DNA of 64,000 nt from Phyllosticta citribraziliensis (taxonomy: Eukaryota), in contig NW_027117349.1 of NCBI RefSeq assembly GCF_038025025.1, forward strand, positions 620,001 to 684,000, given 5' to 3'. Below, piece after piece: positions 1-12,499 of the stretch; position 1 is the stretch's first letter; every line of letters begins with the position of its first letter. A model generated the notes under the pieces. That model searched no databases and had not been told where the DNA came from. It was given only the letters and a program-made list of their open reading frames with translations. The translations under genes were made by a program, and so were the position numbers.

Positions 1-938
1 CTCGTATCGCGACCACCGGGGCGCATTCGGAAGCAGACATCGTTGGTGGTGGTGGCGGCGAGGCTATCCGGGTCGTTGTTGTTGTGTCGCTCGGGCTCAG
101 GAGTCGACTCAACAAATGTAAGGCGTTTGACACCATTCGAGTTGAACCCATCTTCACAGACGACGACGGTCGGCTTGCCAGCTGCGTTGCGGGGCTTGTT
201 GCCCGCCCGTATCTCGGGACTGCTGTCAGAGCCGCTGTGATAGAAGGATATCATTTTCAAGCTGCCGTTGGAGCTCTGCGAGCTTGTGCTGACGCCGCGC
301 TTGTGGATCTTGCTCTTCTGGTTTTCGCTTCTTGCGGTGGCGCGGAGGGATTCGTTGCTCGATGTATGACACCGTGTGAGGCGCTTCGGGCCCTTGGCTG
401 TGATGTTTTTTGGCGAAAAGCTGTCCTGTTTGCTGTTCTTCTTTGGCTCGATGGCCATCGCAGGGTAACCGAGTGTCAACTTTGACAGGTTCGTATCCGA
501 GGAGCTACTGTTGCCGTCGCTGGTGCTGTCGCTGGTAGACCCAGAAATCAGTGGAGAGTAGCCCTTGAAGCGCGTAGGCACACACTTTTCGATGGGGGTC
601 GGCATGTCGGATGTGCCATCCAGGCCAAGAGGTTGAGCACGAGTCGACAGGCTGGTGTCAGTGGTGGTCGTCACCAACCTGGCTTTGCTGCGAGTGAAGC
701 GCTCAAAGGCGATTTCCGGACTGGCCCTGACCCTGACCTTCTTTTTCTGGGTGCTCTTCGTGTCCAACGCCGGTCCAGACTCGACCTTGATCAGGTCAGG
801 TAGAGTTGCGTCAAACCATTTCTGTGCAATGCCATCGGGGTACTTTTTGAGGACGTGGTTGTAGATTGCGGCCGGGCAAAACTCCTTGGAAATGAGGATC
901 AGTTTGTCGCGAAGAAGGTCGAGGTCCTTGGAAGTCAT
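1..938 (-). CDS. Hypothetical protein, 3'-partial (runs off window start)
   Basis: Manual translation from ATG at 938 gives a stop-free frame of 312 codons to position 1 (MTSKDLDLLRDKLILISKEFCPAAIYNHVLKKYPDGIAQKWFDATLPDL..., then S/T/K-rich). Absent from the ORF track because there is no stop in the window. Confidence 0.65.
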   Translation of the reverse strand, partial: MTSKDLDLLRDKLILISKEFCPAAIYNHVLKKYPDGIAQKWFDATLPDLIKVESGPALDTKSTQKKKVRVRASPEIAFERFTRSKARLVTTTTDTSLSTRAQPLGLDGTSDMPTPIEKCVPTRFKGYSPLISGSTSDSTSDGNSSSSDTNLSKLTLGYPAMAIEPKKNSKQDSFSPKNITAKGPKRLTRCHTSSNESLRATARSENQKSKIHKRGVSTSSQSSNGSLKMISFYHSGSDSSPEIRAGNKPRNAAGKPTVVVCEDGFNSNGVKRLTFVESTPEPERHNNNDPDSLAATTTNDVCFRMRPGGRDT

Positions 939-2406
939 CTTGTCGTGTTGTTGAAGGAGGCTCGTTGGTGTGGGAGCGGTGTGGACGGGATGGAGAGAAG
1001 AGAGGATACCCATCGAGGTTAAGAGTTGGAGGGTGACGCCTGTCGACTGGGTGGTGGAAGAGGTCGTGTGCGAAAGATGACGCGTCGAAGGTTTGCTGGG
1101 GAGGCAGACAGCAGTAAAGCCAGACCCTGTGAACTGAAGTGAAGGTCACGTGTAGGGGGATTGTGAGTTGAAAAGTTGACGGTATTTTGGGGAAAATCGA
1201 GAGTTGCGACCGCTTTCCGTTCCATTTTCCCTAGGGTCCAGCCCTTTTATGCTTGACGGCCTGGCAACGCGATTACAGCTGCGGTCAATGCCCCCAGTTG
1301 GCAAACCCGAACCTGGGTACAAGATTGATGTGATGACTCCCAAAGAAAACCAAATCTAGTTGTTGAGGGACGCAGCCAACGCGATCACAGCTGACCCCAA
1401 TGCTGTCTGTTGCATGTGCCCAACACGAACCCGGGGGGAAGATTGGTATGATGACGTCCAAAGAGGAGTCAGGATCCAGTCGATGAGGCTGAGTCAACAA
1501 GTAGACGGCAGCATTTTGGCAAACGGTCTGCTAGCGGACCAATCCTGACATATTCCAGACAAAAAATCATTTGCAGTTTTGACTGCATTGCTGAGAGAAT
1601 CCGGGTGGGGATGAAAGCCCACGGAACCACGATCTCTTCAACCATGGGTCAGTCCTAAGCAGCGAATTCAAGGGACTGCCAACCAAACACGCGCTTTCAA
1701 GTGCCGTGGTACTGGCAGTACCAGCAAGATGGAGGCAAGGCGTTGCCCAACACACGTGCTTCATGTCCTGCCATTCATCACGTCAGTGTATTCTGTGCAC
1801 ATTGAAACTCGGCAATAAGAAATTTCTTCCTTCCATTGAACTTTCATTCGTTTATATACAGGTCATGACCAGTTTGCCAGCTCACGAAGCCGACGGAGAG
1901 TGAATGCCCCTGTAGACGGATTCGAACGAAGAGGAAGGGGCAAGGATGCGGCGATAAGAAAGAGGGCAGAGAGCTATCGAGAGTAAGAGACTATCATGGA
2001 AAGGGTACTTGGGAGTTTTTGAGAGCGTTTGTGTTCCTGGTGGGCGGGGAGGTCTTCCATGACAACCATTGACCGAGCCAGTGGATGTCGAGAAATGACA
2101 GCGAGCCTGAATGCTGACGTTTGACGCGTGCGCATTGCTGCGAGCGGCAGACGTGCGGATATCAAAGCGTTAATCATGAAGTCGTAACCGCTCAACAGCA
2201 GGACGAGTAGGAGCAGAGAGCAGAACCGGTAAACCACTAAAGAAACTGCTTTTTGGTAATCGGTGGAGAGAGCGGAGCATTGGACCGGTGTCTGGCAGAC
2301 GGGAAAATACCGGGTCGGCTCAAGCGGCGGCATACCAGGGCCGCACAAAAGCGCGTTGGGCGGCGCGAAGCGGCGGGGCGCGTACGACCATTGTCCTGTC
2401 CAAACT

Positions 2407-3563
2407 TTACTCGGACGGAGCCGTGCTGCGGCGCATCTTCTCCGCCTCGAGGTTTTCGTAGAGAAGATACAGGGCCTTTTCGTTGGCCGAGGGGCTGCCC
2501 ATGATGGTGAACATGCGCTCCCCAGTCTCGTCATGGGGGGCTTTGGCGATAGAAATGCGTGCGCCGGAGCTCTTGCGAATCTCGCTAATCTTGCTGCCGC
2601 CGCGGCCGATGATGCAACCGACCATGTCCGAGGGAATGCTGATGTTCTGGGTCTGAATCTCCTCGCCATCCTCGGTGGTGGTGGGCATGGGGGGACGGGA
2701 AGCAGCGTCGGAACCGGAACGGCGGCTGTACGAAGGAGCATCGCTGAAGTCGGCTCCATGGCCTGTGCGGTTGTAGGAACGGCCGCCGCCGGTGAAGCTA
2801 GAGCCGTTGCTCAACGGGCCGGCGCCAGCTTGGACTCTGACTGCAGGATTGTAGAGGACGGTGCCGTAACCACGCTCGTGGTCATCGATCAAGCACTTGC
2901 CGATTTCCCACGACGCCTTTTCAATGCCTTCGGGGGTGCCTTGAATCTCGACGATGCGCTCGGTGGACTGGGGCAGCATTTCTTTTTGCGCGACCATGCG
3001 CACGCCAGACACGTCTTGAATCTGCTTAATCTTCAGACCCTGGCGGCCGATGATGGTTCCCATCTGGTTGTGGGAAATGAGCAGGCGGACAGCTATGGCA
3101 CGCGTCAGCTTGAAATCCGGCAGGATGCGCCGAAGCGATGATCCAAAAGACCAGGGAACCTAGACTTACGATGGGTGCCGCTCGTGTTGATGACCCCGCC
3201 CATGCCAACGGAAGGGGCACCTTCAAGAAGACCCTTGGCAACGAGGTGGTAGGCCTTTGCGATGCCGCTAAGCGGGCCCGTGACGGTCAAGACGCGATCG
3301 TGGACGCCCGGGACGACTTTGCTGACGCCGGCGCGGACGCCAGTCTCGTCGCGGAGGCTGGCGACATTCTGACCGGCCTTGCCGATGATGACACCAGCTT
3401 CTTTGGAGGAGACAATGGCACGCAGGGTCAATTGCGCCTGGGCATATTCTTCTTCGGTCCTGGCGATAGGCTCGCCGTCAGGGTTAGTGGCAAGCCTGTG
3501 GAAGGCATCCGAGACGTCGTTGACATCGGGGGAGGTGGCAGTCGCGACTTCTTCGGCAGACAT
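2407..3563 (-). CDS. Triple-KH-domain RNA-binding protein (hnRNP K/PCBP; Rnc1/Hek2-like)
   Basis: Exons 3563-3170 and 3092-2407 (GTAAGT..TAG intron 3169-3093), 359 aa. Three KH GxxG loops: IIGKAGQNV, IIGRQGLKI, IIGRGGSKI. Confidence 0.93.
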
Positions 3564-4156
3564 GATGGTGGCTGGTGGGGCGGGTACAAAGAGTTGTGAG
3601 AGGACCAATGGCGAATTTGGGACCGTGGGTGTAGCTCGAGCCGCGACCGATCAAGGTACCTAGCGAAATTGGAGCAGAGGGTGAAGAGGGTTGAGAGGTC
3701 GAGGCGGACTGGTCAAGAGTGGTCAGCGTCAGGACGCGTTGGAGCAGGCGCTGCGTGCAGCAGAGAAGAGGGCAGAGCGGGCAGGACAAACCGTGTGGTG
3801 GGAGGAAGTGGCGGCGGCGGGCGCGGCAGGCAGAGATGCGGCGGCGCAAGGCGAAAAGAGGAAGAGAGGAGAGTGAGGTGGTGGAGGGGCGGAGGGGAGA
3901 GGGTGGGGAGAGCGGTGGGTTGAGGTGGAGGGAGAGGGAGAGGGAGAGGAAGGGAGGAAGAGGAGGAAGAGAGATGGAGTTGGGTGATCGAAGGCTGCGG
4001 TGCGGTGCGGTGCGTGTGGGCCGGCGGGTGGTGAAGAGCGGGTGGAGGGTTGACGAGCGACGCGCGGGCGGACTCTGGACGTGGACTGGCCCCGGACGTC
4101 AAGCGAGCTCAGCACCTCACCCACCCCGTCGGTCGCTCGCACCGCCCCGGCACCAA

Positions 4157-4200
4157 ACCACCACCACCACCACCACCACCGACAAGACAAGACAAGACAA
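4157..4200. repeat. (ACC)8 followed by (GACAA)4 microsatellites
   Basis: Directly visible tandem repeats upstream of the KH gene. Confidence 0.9.
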
Positions 4201-4596
4201 GCAACACCGCAGCTCCCGCCATCCCTACAAGACCACGGATGCCGTCCTTGTCGCCGCCGGGTCGTCGCTGCTCTGGCCCACCCCTCTGGGCCTCTGGTCT
4301 CCTGCTCTCTCGTCCGTTCGCTCTTTCGCGTCCTCAATAATTCAACTCAACCTTTAAACTCGCCGCTTGGCAAAGCCTCGATCGACACCTTGTTCCACTA
4401 GGAACCAAGTCCTGCTCTCTCTTCTCCAATCGCACCACGATCCATCGCGCTGGCGCTCCCGCTCCATGCGGCCCAATATGTCATGGCACCAGTTACCTTA
4501 CCACTTTCGAATTTAACCATTCTCGCCATGCCCCCGTCACAGACTCCAAAACGCAAGCTACCTCGCCATGGCCGCCGTCATTTCCATCCACTCCAA

Positions 4597-5854
4597 TCAC
4601 TTTTGGCCCTCAAACACAACCTTTTGTGCCTTCATCTTGTCAAACACCTCATATCCCTCCACTGCCTTTGAAAGCGGCATGATGGCGTCGGCCATGAAAC
4701 CCAGCAGATGCTGCTTGGCCTTGAGCGCCGCTAGCGCCTGGGGGAAAATTGACCGCACTGGACATCTTCCCATTTGTATGCGCAGGTTCTTGCCATATGC
4801 CTGATTGCCACCCCAAGGAATCTAAAACCCATTAGCACGCCAACTATACCACCGCCGCCCTGTCATCTTCATGCTCACCTCTCCATTGTGTACTCCAACG
4901 CTGCTGATAAAACCCCACGGCCTCAGGATGTCAAACGCAAGCTTGAGTGCAGGACTCAAGCCTACAACTTCAATCACCACGTCGGCGCCCCTGCCATCTG
5001 TGACCTCTTTGATCCTCCTCTCCAGCCCCTCTCGATCCGTCTTGAAATTGAGAGGCTCCGCGCCCAGCTCCTTGGCCAGCTCCAACCGGCTGTCGATGCT
5101 GTCGACGGCGAAGAGATGTTTCGGCTTGAACTCCTCCGCATTGATCAGCGCGCACAGTCCCACCGGGCCGCACCCTACGACAACGACGGTGGCCTCTGCC
5201 ACATCTTCCTTTGACATCCCCGCAAAGGCGTTTGCCGCGGCAAAGTAGCCCGTGGGGAAGATGTCGGCCATGAGGACCAGCGCCTTTTTGTCAATGCCCT
5301 CGGGCGCCTTCATGACGGTCGAGTCGGCAAGCGGCACACGCACGTACTCGGCCTGCGCGCCATCCAGCGCCGCCGTTCCGAACAGTAGGCATTTCTCGCA
5401 GCGGGAGGAGAAGCCCTTGCGGCAGTAGAAGCACTGTCCACTGTTCGGCTATCAGCGCCCTGTCCAACTCTAATCCGCAACCCCGCCAGGCTGGGCGGCC
5501 AGTCGACCCCATCCCAACTCTGCCTGACGATTGACCATTTCTGCACCCCCAGATTCCATGTACTCACCAGCTCACAGTGAACGGACTGACAATTGCGTCG
5601 CCTTCCTTGACCGTCACTACCTTGCTCCCCGCCTGCACCACTTCGCCCGTGAACTCGTGGCCCATGATGAAGCCCGTCGGCGACGGCTGGTGTGCCCGGA
5701 ACACGTGCAATTCGCTTCCGCATAGGGCTGTGAAGTCTACCCTGACGACGATGTCGGTTGGCTCCTGGATCTTGGGCACGGGACGTTGTTCGACGGCGAC
5801 TTTGCCCGGGCCGTGGAACACGACTGCTCGCATTGTCGGGGCAATTGGCGCCAT
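4597..5854 (-). CDS. Zn-dependent medium-chain alcohol dehydrogenase (formaldehyde-dehydrogenase-like subfamily)
   Basis: Exons 5854-5568, 5440-4879 and 4821-4597 (357 aa). Motifs: CGSELH, GHEFTG, structural Zn CGQCFYCRKGFSSRC, ADIFPTGY, Rossmann GCGPVG. Confidence 0.9.
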
Positions 5855-6909
5855 TTTGATTGTAGGTCTTGTTGCGATTCGTGGATAAGAAGGCTGCACA
5901 GGCGCGGGAGATCCTTTGAGATAATCTGGAGTAGACCGCAATCAAGAAGAATAGTACGTTCGTGAGGACGCAGGCCGCGGGTCGCGTCGAGAAGTTGAAT
6001 ACTACCGGAGAGAAGTTCGCAAGGCTCAGGTCGAGGATGGTCGAAGAGGAGCAAGAAGAACTTGTCTCGCGCGCGTGCTTATAGGATTCGCTGGCTGGCT
6101 GGCTGCAGGCGCCGGAAGATGGTAAAAGGCGACTGCGGAGTGAGGGGAAAGCAAAGACGATCTTCGCGGGCGACGTCACAGGACGAGAGCAATAATGGAC
6201 GAACGGAAAACCACCTCTCTCCATCAAATTGCCTAGGTAAAACGCAAATTGCCCCACAGCACAGACAACCACGCACCGAATGCTTTCTCGACTCTTTTCC
6301 TCCTTCTCAGTGGTCAGCGTATTCGTTTTGTTTTCCTGAACAAGGGTTTTGCTGCTACTACGGCTGCTACTGACCTGCGGTGCTGTTTGGTCCGACTACC
6401 TAGCTGCTGCTCTGCGGGATGCATGTAGGTGCGTCAGCCGCCAGCCAGCCACCACATGCGGAGCAGCGCATGGATGACACCGATTAGTACGCGGGGAGAC
6501 GCAGACGCAGACGCAGATCCATCCCTCCCTCTGTCTCAAGCACTACACTCTCTTCCTCCACCCTCCACCAAATTTCCAGCAGCTTTCCAGCAAACAAGCC
6601 ACTCCCATACAAGCGTACAAAAATGCGTGGTATACTTGTCCCCACGAAGCTATGCCCCTGTCCGCCTTGACCACAACCCGCCCGCCCACCCGCCCTCAAC
6701 GCTGCTTTTCCCACCTGGAAATTCCCGCCCTGTCTCGCCTGGTTGTGGGCTCGTCACGACGACCTGCGATTTGCTATTGCCTGGCGGGCGCAGTACAGAG
6801 AAGCGGTTTGTATTTGTTTTGCGTGCGGCTACGCGAGGCTGACTTGCTTTACCACTATTTTCCTTTGCTTGCCCCTTTCCATTTTTTTTCGACTTTTACT
6901 ATTTCTCTC

Positions 6910-6925
6910 TTTTTTTTTTTTTTTT
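6910..6925. repeat. Poly-T tract (16 nt)
   Basis: Seen directly. Confidence 0.9.
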
Positions 6926-8113
6926 CGTCCATTGCTTTGGACATCTTCCTTCTACTCCCCGCTTTGCTGCGGCGTGCACTCATTCTCTCTTCTACTGAGG
7001 CTTGGTAGAAGCGACCGTGGCGAGAGTAGGGGAAGGTAGAATGCCAAAAGTCTTGACGAAGATGGGGATGCTTCAACATTTGGGAGCGCGTGGGAGCGTC
7101 GTTCAACAGTCTTTACGGAGCAGTGAATTGCTTGAGTTGGTCGACGTCACGAGCGAGGCAGGTCGGTCATTACCAGGGAGCTAAGGTAGGTGGGTAGGTA
7201 GGTGGGTAGGTAACACATCCATCTCATCTGACCAAATTCGACCTACCTGGCTCACTATCGTGCAGGAACTGTGAGGTGGGTGGGCATGTGATTGCCACAG
7301 ACAAGCTTTTGTTGGTCTAGCGCGATTGGATTGATACAAGCTACCTCGCTGATTGGTCCACTTCTTTTGTGCTGTCTCGTCACAAGCCAACATATAGCTG
7401 CTTAGATGATATCACTATTATTGGTGGGGAGCAATCGATGTCGACATATGTATCCAGTCTCGACCACAGTCCAGCAATTTGGAAGCTGCAGTCCTCCACC
7501 TGCGATGGGGGCAGGGTTCGGAGAGGAATGGGTAAGTGTGTGTATTCAGGTTGGAAAGATGACTTCGCTCGCGAGGCCAGTGCGGCAAGCGCTGCTCTCG
7601 CACTTCGACAGCTCCTTGCGCCGTTTTTCGTAGGAAGAATCGAAGAGATGACGGGAAAAGGAATATGTAGGATGAGACGACGGGGAATCTGGGGGGGACC
7701 GGAGACCGAAAGCAGACCCAACGCCGCATAAACACCACCTCTCCCTAGAACGCACCTCGTTTAGCAAGGAGAGAGGATTGGGACGATGTTGGGAGGGCAA
7801 GTTGAAACGCAAACCAACTCCAAAACCGGATGCGGCCCGTCAAACTCCAAAATGCAAGGCCAAGACGCAACAGGATGAGAAAAAGGAGAGTCGTTCAGGC
7901 AGCTCGACCGCTGAATGACAGTACTCGAGTCTTGCGGCACTGCGCTGGAAGCATGCAGCGCCCCACCGATCTCCCACTCCCCGCCCCAGCCCGCCCCACA
8001 TGCATTGCTCAGCAATAACTCTGTGGAGAGAGAGATCCGCGCAACAAAGTCGTCGGTCGTGTCTGCAGCGCTGGGCCAGGCCAGATTGGAAGAGGAAATG
8101 CGGTCCGGCGAGC

Positions 8114-8522
8114 TCAAGTCACGGTGCAGAGCAGCTCGGCCTCGAGGATGAATTTGCCCTCCTTGTACTTCTCCGATGCCTCATATGCCTTGTCGTACTT
8201 CCAGCCCACCGTCTCCTTGCACTGACGGCATTGGATATCACGTACTATGTGCCGGCCCGTCGTCATGTTGCGCTCGCCGGGGTCGCCTTGGGTGATGTTG
8301 ACGACGCTGTCGAAGAGGTAGGCTTTTCCGTGCTGGCCGCGAAAGTTCTAATGGCGCAAGGTTTGTGTCAGCTCGGGCAGAGACCTAGAGTATGGGGCTG
8401 CGAGCCTTCAGATGGATGCTTACCCTACTGATGATGTCGTCGTGGTTGGAGAGGTGGGTTTTGCAGTTCTTGCAGCCGTAGATACGGTGCGAATTCAGGT
8501 AAACATTGTAAGTAAGACCCAT
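8114..8522 (-). CDS. Yippee-like zinc-binding protein (YPEL/Moh1 family)
   Basis: Exons 8522-8424 and 8347-8114 (110 aa): MGLTYNVYLNSHRIYGCKNCKTHLSNHDDIISR|NFRGQHGKAYLFDSVVN...MTTGRHIVRDIQCRQCKETVGWKYDKAYEASEKYKEGKFILE. Two CxxC pairs and the Yippee signature. Not in the ORF track. Confidence 0.93.
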
Positions 8523-9794
8523 TTCGGAGCGAGGGTCGCAGGTTGCCTATCAGCAGCTTTGGGAGGCGGAGAGGTGAGGGGACGGGCGTGAAGCCGACGG
8601 CGAGGTGGACAAGCTCGGCTTTTGGTAGCAGGGCGGGTTTTAAACACGCAAACGTGCTGTTAGGCGCAGGTACGACAGTATGACTGATTGGGGCTAGGCA
8701 GCGAGCTGGTACGCTCCGGCAGCTCGCGCGGCGGCGTTGCTGATAACGACGATGCCAGGAGAGCTCGTGATGCGGAGGCAAGGTGGAAGTCGAGACTCCG
8801 ATATGGGCTGGCGGCGGGGGCCTGTTCTTCAAGGCCGTGCAGAATGGCGCGGCTACGTTGCCGACGACGGCTTTCCGTGCTGTACAGCCTTGAAGCTTAC
8901 CGGGGTATGGAGCGGTGACGTAGAGGAGGAGCTAGGAGTCGGACCGTAGGGGAAGCAGACGGTGGCAGGGTCGAGGCGAGCTTGGGCGGCGGAGACGGCT
9001 GGGGGAGGTTGTCGAGCAGAGCGAAGTGAGAGAAGGTAGGGTGAGAGTGGCGGCGTGAGAGGCCATGAGCAGGCAATTGAAGGTCATGAGCAATTGAAGT
9101 GGGGACCGGGACTGGAGCTCCCTCGCCAGCTCCCCTCCCAGGAAGCTCCGTCACGTGGGGCTTGCAGACATGGACAGCGGGCGGATGAGGTGGCTTACAG
9201 TAACAGCTGCATCACGACTTGACCAGAGGGAGTGTTGCACCTGGCTGGCGTGCCTGGCTGGGCAGAGCTTCTGACTGGTTGGAAAGAGACCTGACTTCAG
9301 TGGTTGAGAAGCCTCCACCTCACATCGCTGCCCTGGCGTCCGTGGCATGGGGGGTTAGGTTATCGATAACTTGGCTCATGAGTCCAGCTATAAATACGCA
9401 CACTGCGCCATCTGCATGTTCGACTCCGACTGGGGCATGTGAGAGCTGTTAATGCAGGGTTGGCCGGTTGACGGGCGGCAGACGTGGCTGTCGCCGTCAA
9501 GACAATTGATCCTCATCGCAACAGAGCGCAATGTAGCAGCCCACCATAGGTAATGCCGGTGTGGGGTGCGGTGCACGCGGCACATCAGCAGAGGCTGCGT
9601 TGGTCTGTCATGCCGTACAACCGACCCCATTGCTGGAGATTTGAGGCAGGGACGGTGTCAAGACATGGTGGGCTGTATGTATTGATGTTGGAGAAGCGAG
9701 AGAAGCATCGAACTGAAGCTTGCACGAGGGCTGGACGCCTGAGCGGGTGTTGCAGCGATCCAACCGCCAAAACGGCAAAGAAACTGAAAACCAA

Positions 9795-9818
9795 CAGAAC
9801 CAGAACCAGAACCAGAAC
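9795..9818. repeat. (CAGAAC)4 hexanucleotide repeat
   Basis: Seen directly in the Yippee/DnaJ divergent intergenic region. Confidence 0.85.
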
Positions 9819-10214
9819 CGTACCGGCCAAACGTCGCTATCGATAAAGAGTGGAGAGGGACCTGAGGTGAGGCCGCAGGCGCCGGCCGGGGATGTGGTGG
9901 CCGTTTTGCTGCGAGGCTGACCCGTTTCCCAGTGTGCGGCGTACACCTCTCGGGGCCACGAGTTACCACACACACATTAGACGAGTCGAGCCCAGGCGTC
10001 GAAGGTGCCAGAAGCGAATGCTGTCGTCAAGTCAAGCGTGGATACCCCGTCTTCGTCGTTTGTTTAGCTACCTCGACCTCTCCCAAACCGGCTCCTAGCC
10101 TGGCCCTTACCGCAAGCCCTGACCCGACGCTGCTACTGAACCCGTCTGAATAAGCGTCCCGCCCTGTAACGCCCTGCCAGATTCCGTTCCGTAAGGTACT
10201 GTACCGTCGCTCCC

Positions 10215-12499
10215 ATGGTGCTGCCGACCATCTTCACCAAAAATTCGTCGAGGAAGAAGACCGACGACGACGGCCCAACTCCACCGCGTCCCCCTCAGCA
10301 CGAACATTTGCGGAACCCTCAGCCCGCCGAGCCCGACAAGTCCTCCGGCTCCCAGCCCCGTCCGCACTCTTCTCGCTCCTCGCCCACCAAGGAACGTCAT
10401 CGCAGACCTGGCTCCGGCTCCTCGCCCACTAAACGCTCGACCTTTTCGTCGCGTTCCTCCGCCTCCCGCGACCGCGACACCCACCCGCTCAACCTACCGC
10501 CCGAGGAGCGCCGCAAACTCTCTGCCAGGATGACCGACAGCGTGCCAAACACTCCCATGGACGTCGACCGCGAGGCTACCTCGTCGCCCGCCCCCGCAAG
10601 TCCGTCCACAAAGGCCAATGGTACCCCAGAGGCGAATGGCGATAAGGCTGCTCCAACTCCGCCCCCGCACAAGACGCCTGCCAGCTCTCCCCCTCAGGAT
10701 GCGGAATCGTTCAAGGCTGCTGGAAACAAATTTTTCAAAGCCAAGGACTATGAAAAGGCCATCAAGGAGTACTCGAAAGGTACGTTATCAGTAGGGTTGC
10801 GTCATGGATTTTTTTTCAGAAATTTCCCATGGCTTTGAAATTTTCTTGCCTACATACTCCTCATGTTCACGGCCTGCTCGTGCTCGAAAATCTATTCTGG
10901 GGTACTCACTGACATGCCACAGCCATCGAGGCCGACCCCAAGTCTGCAACGTACAGGTCTAACCGCGCCGCTGCTCTCATGTCCTCCAACCGCTTCGAAG
11001 AGGCTTTGGAAGACTGCAGAGCCGCCGATCAGCTGGAACCTAACAACCCCAAGATTTTGCACCGGCTTGCGCGAGTGTACACAAACTTAGGGCGTCCCCA
11101 GGAAGCCTTGGACGTGTATGAGCGGGCTGGAGCGAGTGCTACGGACAAGGCAGCGGCGCAGCAAATGGCCCAGCACATTGCAGCGGCGGAGGACCAGCTC
11201 CGAACCGGCTCCTCTGGGTCCATGGTTTTACACGCTTTGAATGCGGCTGAAAAGGGCCTGGGCCAGGGCGTGACAACACCAAGGAAATGGAGGCTGATGC
11301 GGGGCGAGGCTTACCTGAAGATGGGCAACGCCAACGCTCTTGGAGAAGCTTTAAGCCAGGCCATGACTCTGCTGCGGAGGGACAGCAAGGATCCGGACGC
11401 CCTTGTGCTGCGAGGCCGCGCTCTTTATGCACAAGGCGAAAATGACAAGGCCATTCAACATTTCAGGCAAGCCCTTGCTGGCGACCCAGACTTCAAGGAT
11501 GCCGTCAAGTGGCTGCGGACGGTGCAAAAGCTCGACCGCATGAAGGAAGAAGGCAACAATGCTTTCAAGGCCGGTAGGTATCAGCAGGCCGTGGACACGT
11601 ATTCCAAGGCACTCGAAGTGGACCCGGCGAACAGGGGGACAAACTCGAAGATTCTCCAGAACCGTGCCAGGTGCTACCTCAAGGTAAGTGCGGTTTCTGG
11701 AAGTGATTGGGCACGTGCTCATCAAATGAATAGCTCAAGAAGTATCAAGAAGCTGCGGACGATGCCTCGCGCGCTTTTGAGCTTGACCCGTCATACGTCA
11801 AAGCTCGCATGACCAAGGCAAAGGCGCTCGGGGAGATGGGCAACTGGGAAGAAGCGCTTCGCGAGTACAATGCTATCAAGGACGCCAACCCCTCTGAACC
11901 CGGGATTCAAAAGGAGATTCGCAACGCCGAGCTGGAAATGAAGAAGGCTCAGCGCAAGGACTACTACAAGATTCTCGGGGTAGAAAAGGATGCCGACGAC
12001 AACCAGATCAAGAAGGCATACCGGAAGCTGGCCATCATTCACCACCCCGACAAGAACCCCGACGACCCCGAGGCTGCTGAGCGCTTCAAGGACATTGGCG
12101 AGGCCTATGAGACTTTGAGCGACTCTCAGTAAGTATTCTGAATTTCATTCTCACAGGAACACTTATGACGCTACTTTGCTTCCAGACGCTTCAAGGCTAA
12201 CTACAAATCCTCCACGTAGAAAGCGCGCACGTTACGACAGCGGAGAAGATCTCATGGACCCATCGGACATGTTTGGCGGCGGTGGCGGCTTCGGCGGCGG
12301 TGGTTATGGCGGAGGCATGGGAGGCGGCATCCCCGCAGATGTGCTGTTCAACATGATGGGCGGCGGCATGGGTGGCGGCATGGGCGGTGCCCCCGGCGGC
12401 TTTTCCTTTCAAACGGGAGGTAGTCCTGGCGGCGGGTTCGGAGGTGCTCGCGCAGGAGGAAGAGGAGGATCGGCTTACTCGGGTGGCTTCCCGTTCTGA
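10215..12499 (+). CDS. TPR-repeat J-domain co-chaperone (DNAJC7/Tpr2-like)
   Basis: Exons 10215-10779, 10923-11683, 11734-12128 and 12220-12499 (666 aa). TPR starts [13 protein letters not shown] and [11 protein letters not shown] domain DYYKILGV...HHPDKN; G/F-rich tail. Confidence 0.93.

Noticed and set aside
2263..3599. Long plus-strand ORFs (292 aa, 153 aa) over the KH gene
   Set aside because: Antisense shadows of a codon-biased gene; no motifs of their own.
3669..4401. Many overlapping 100-210 aa ORFs
   Set aside because: They arise from stop-poor purine/pyrimidine low-complexity DNA and microsatellites.
5310..6272. 320-aa minus-strand ORF overlapping the ADH
   Set aside because: Different frame from the motif-bearing ADH exons; no recognisable domain.
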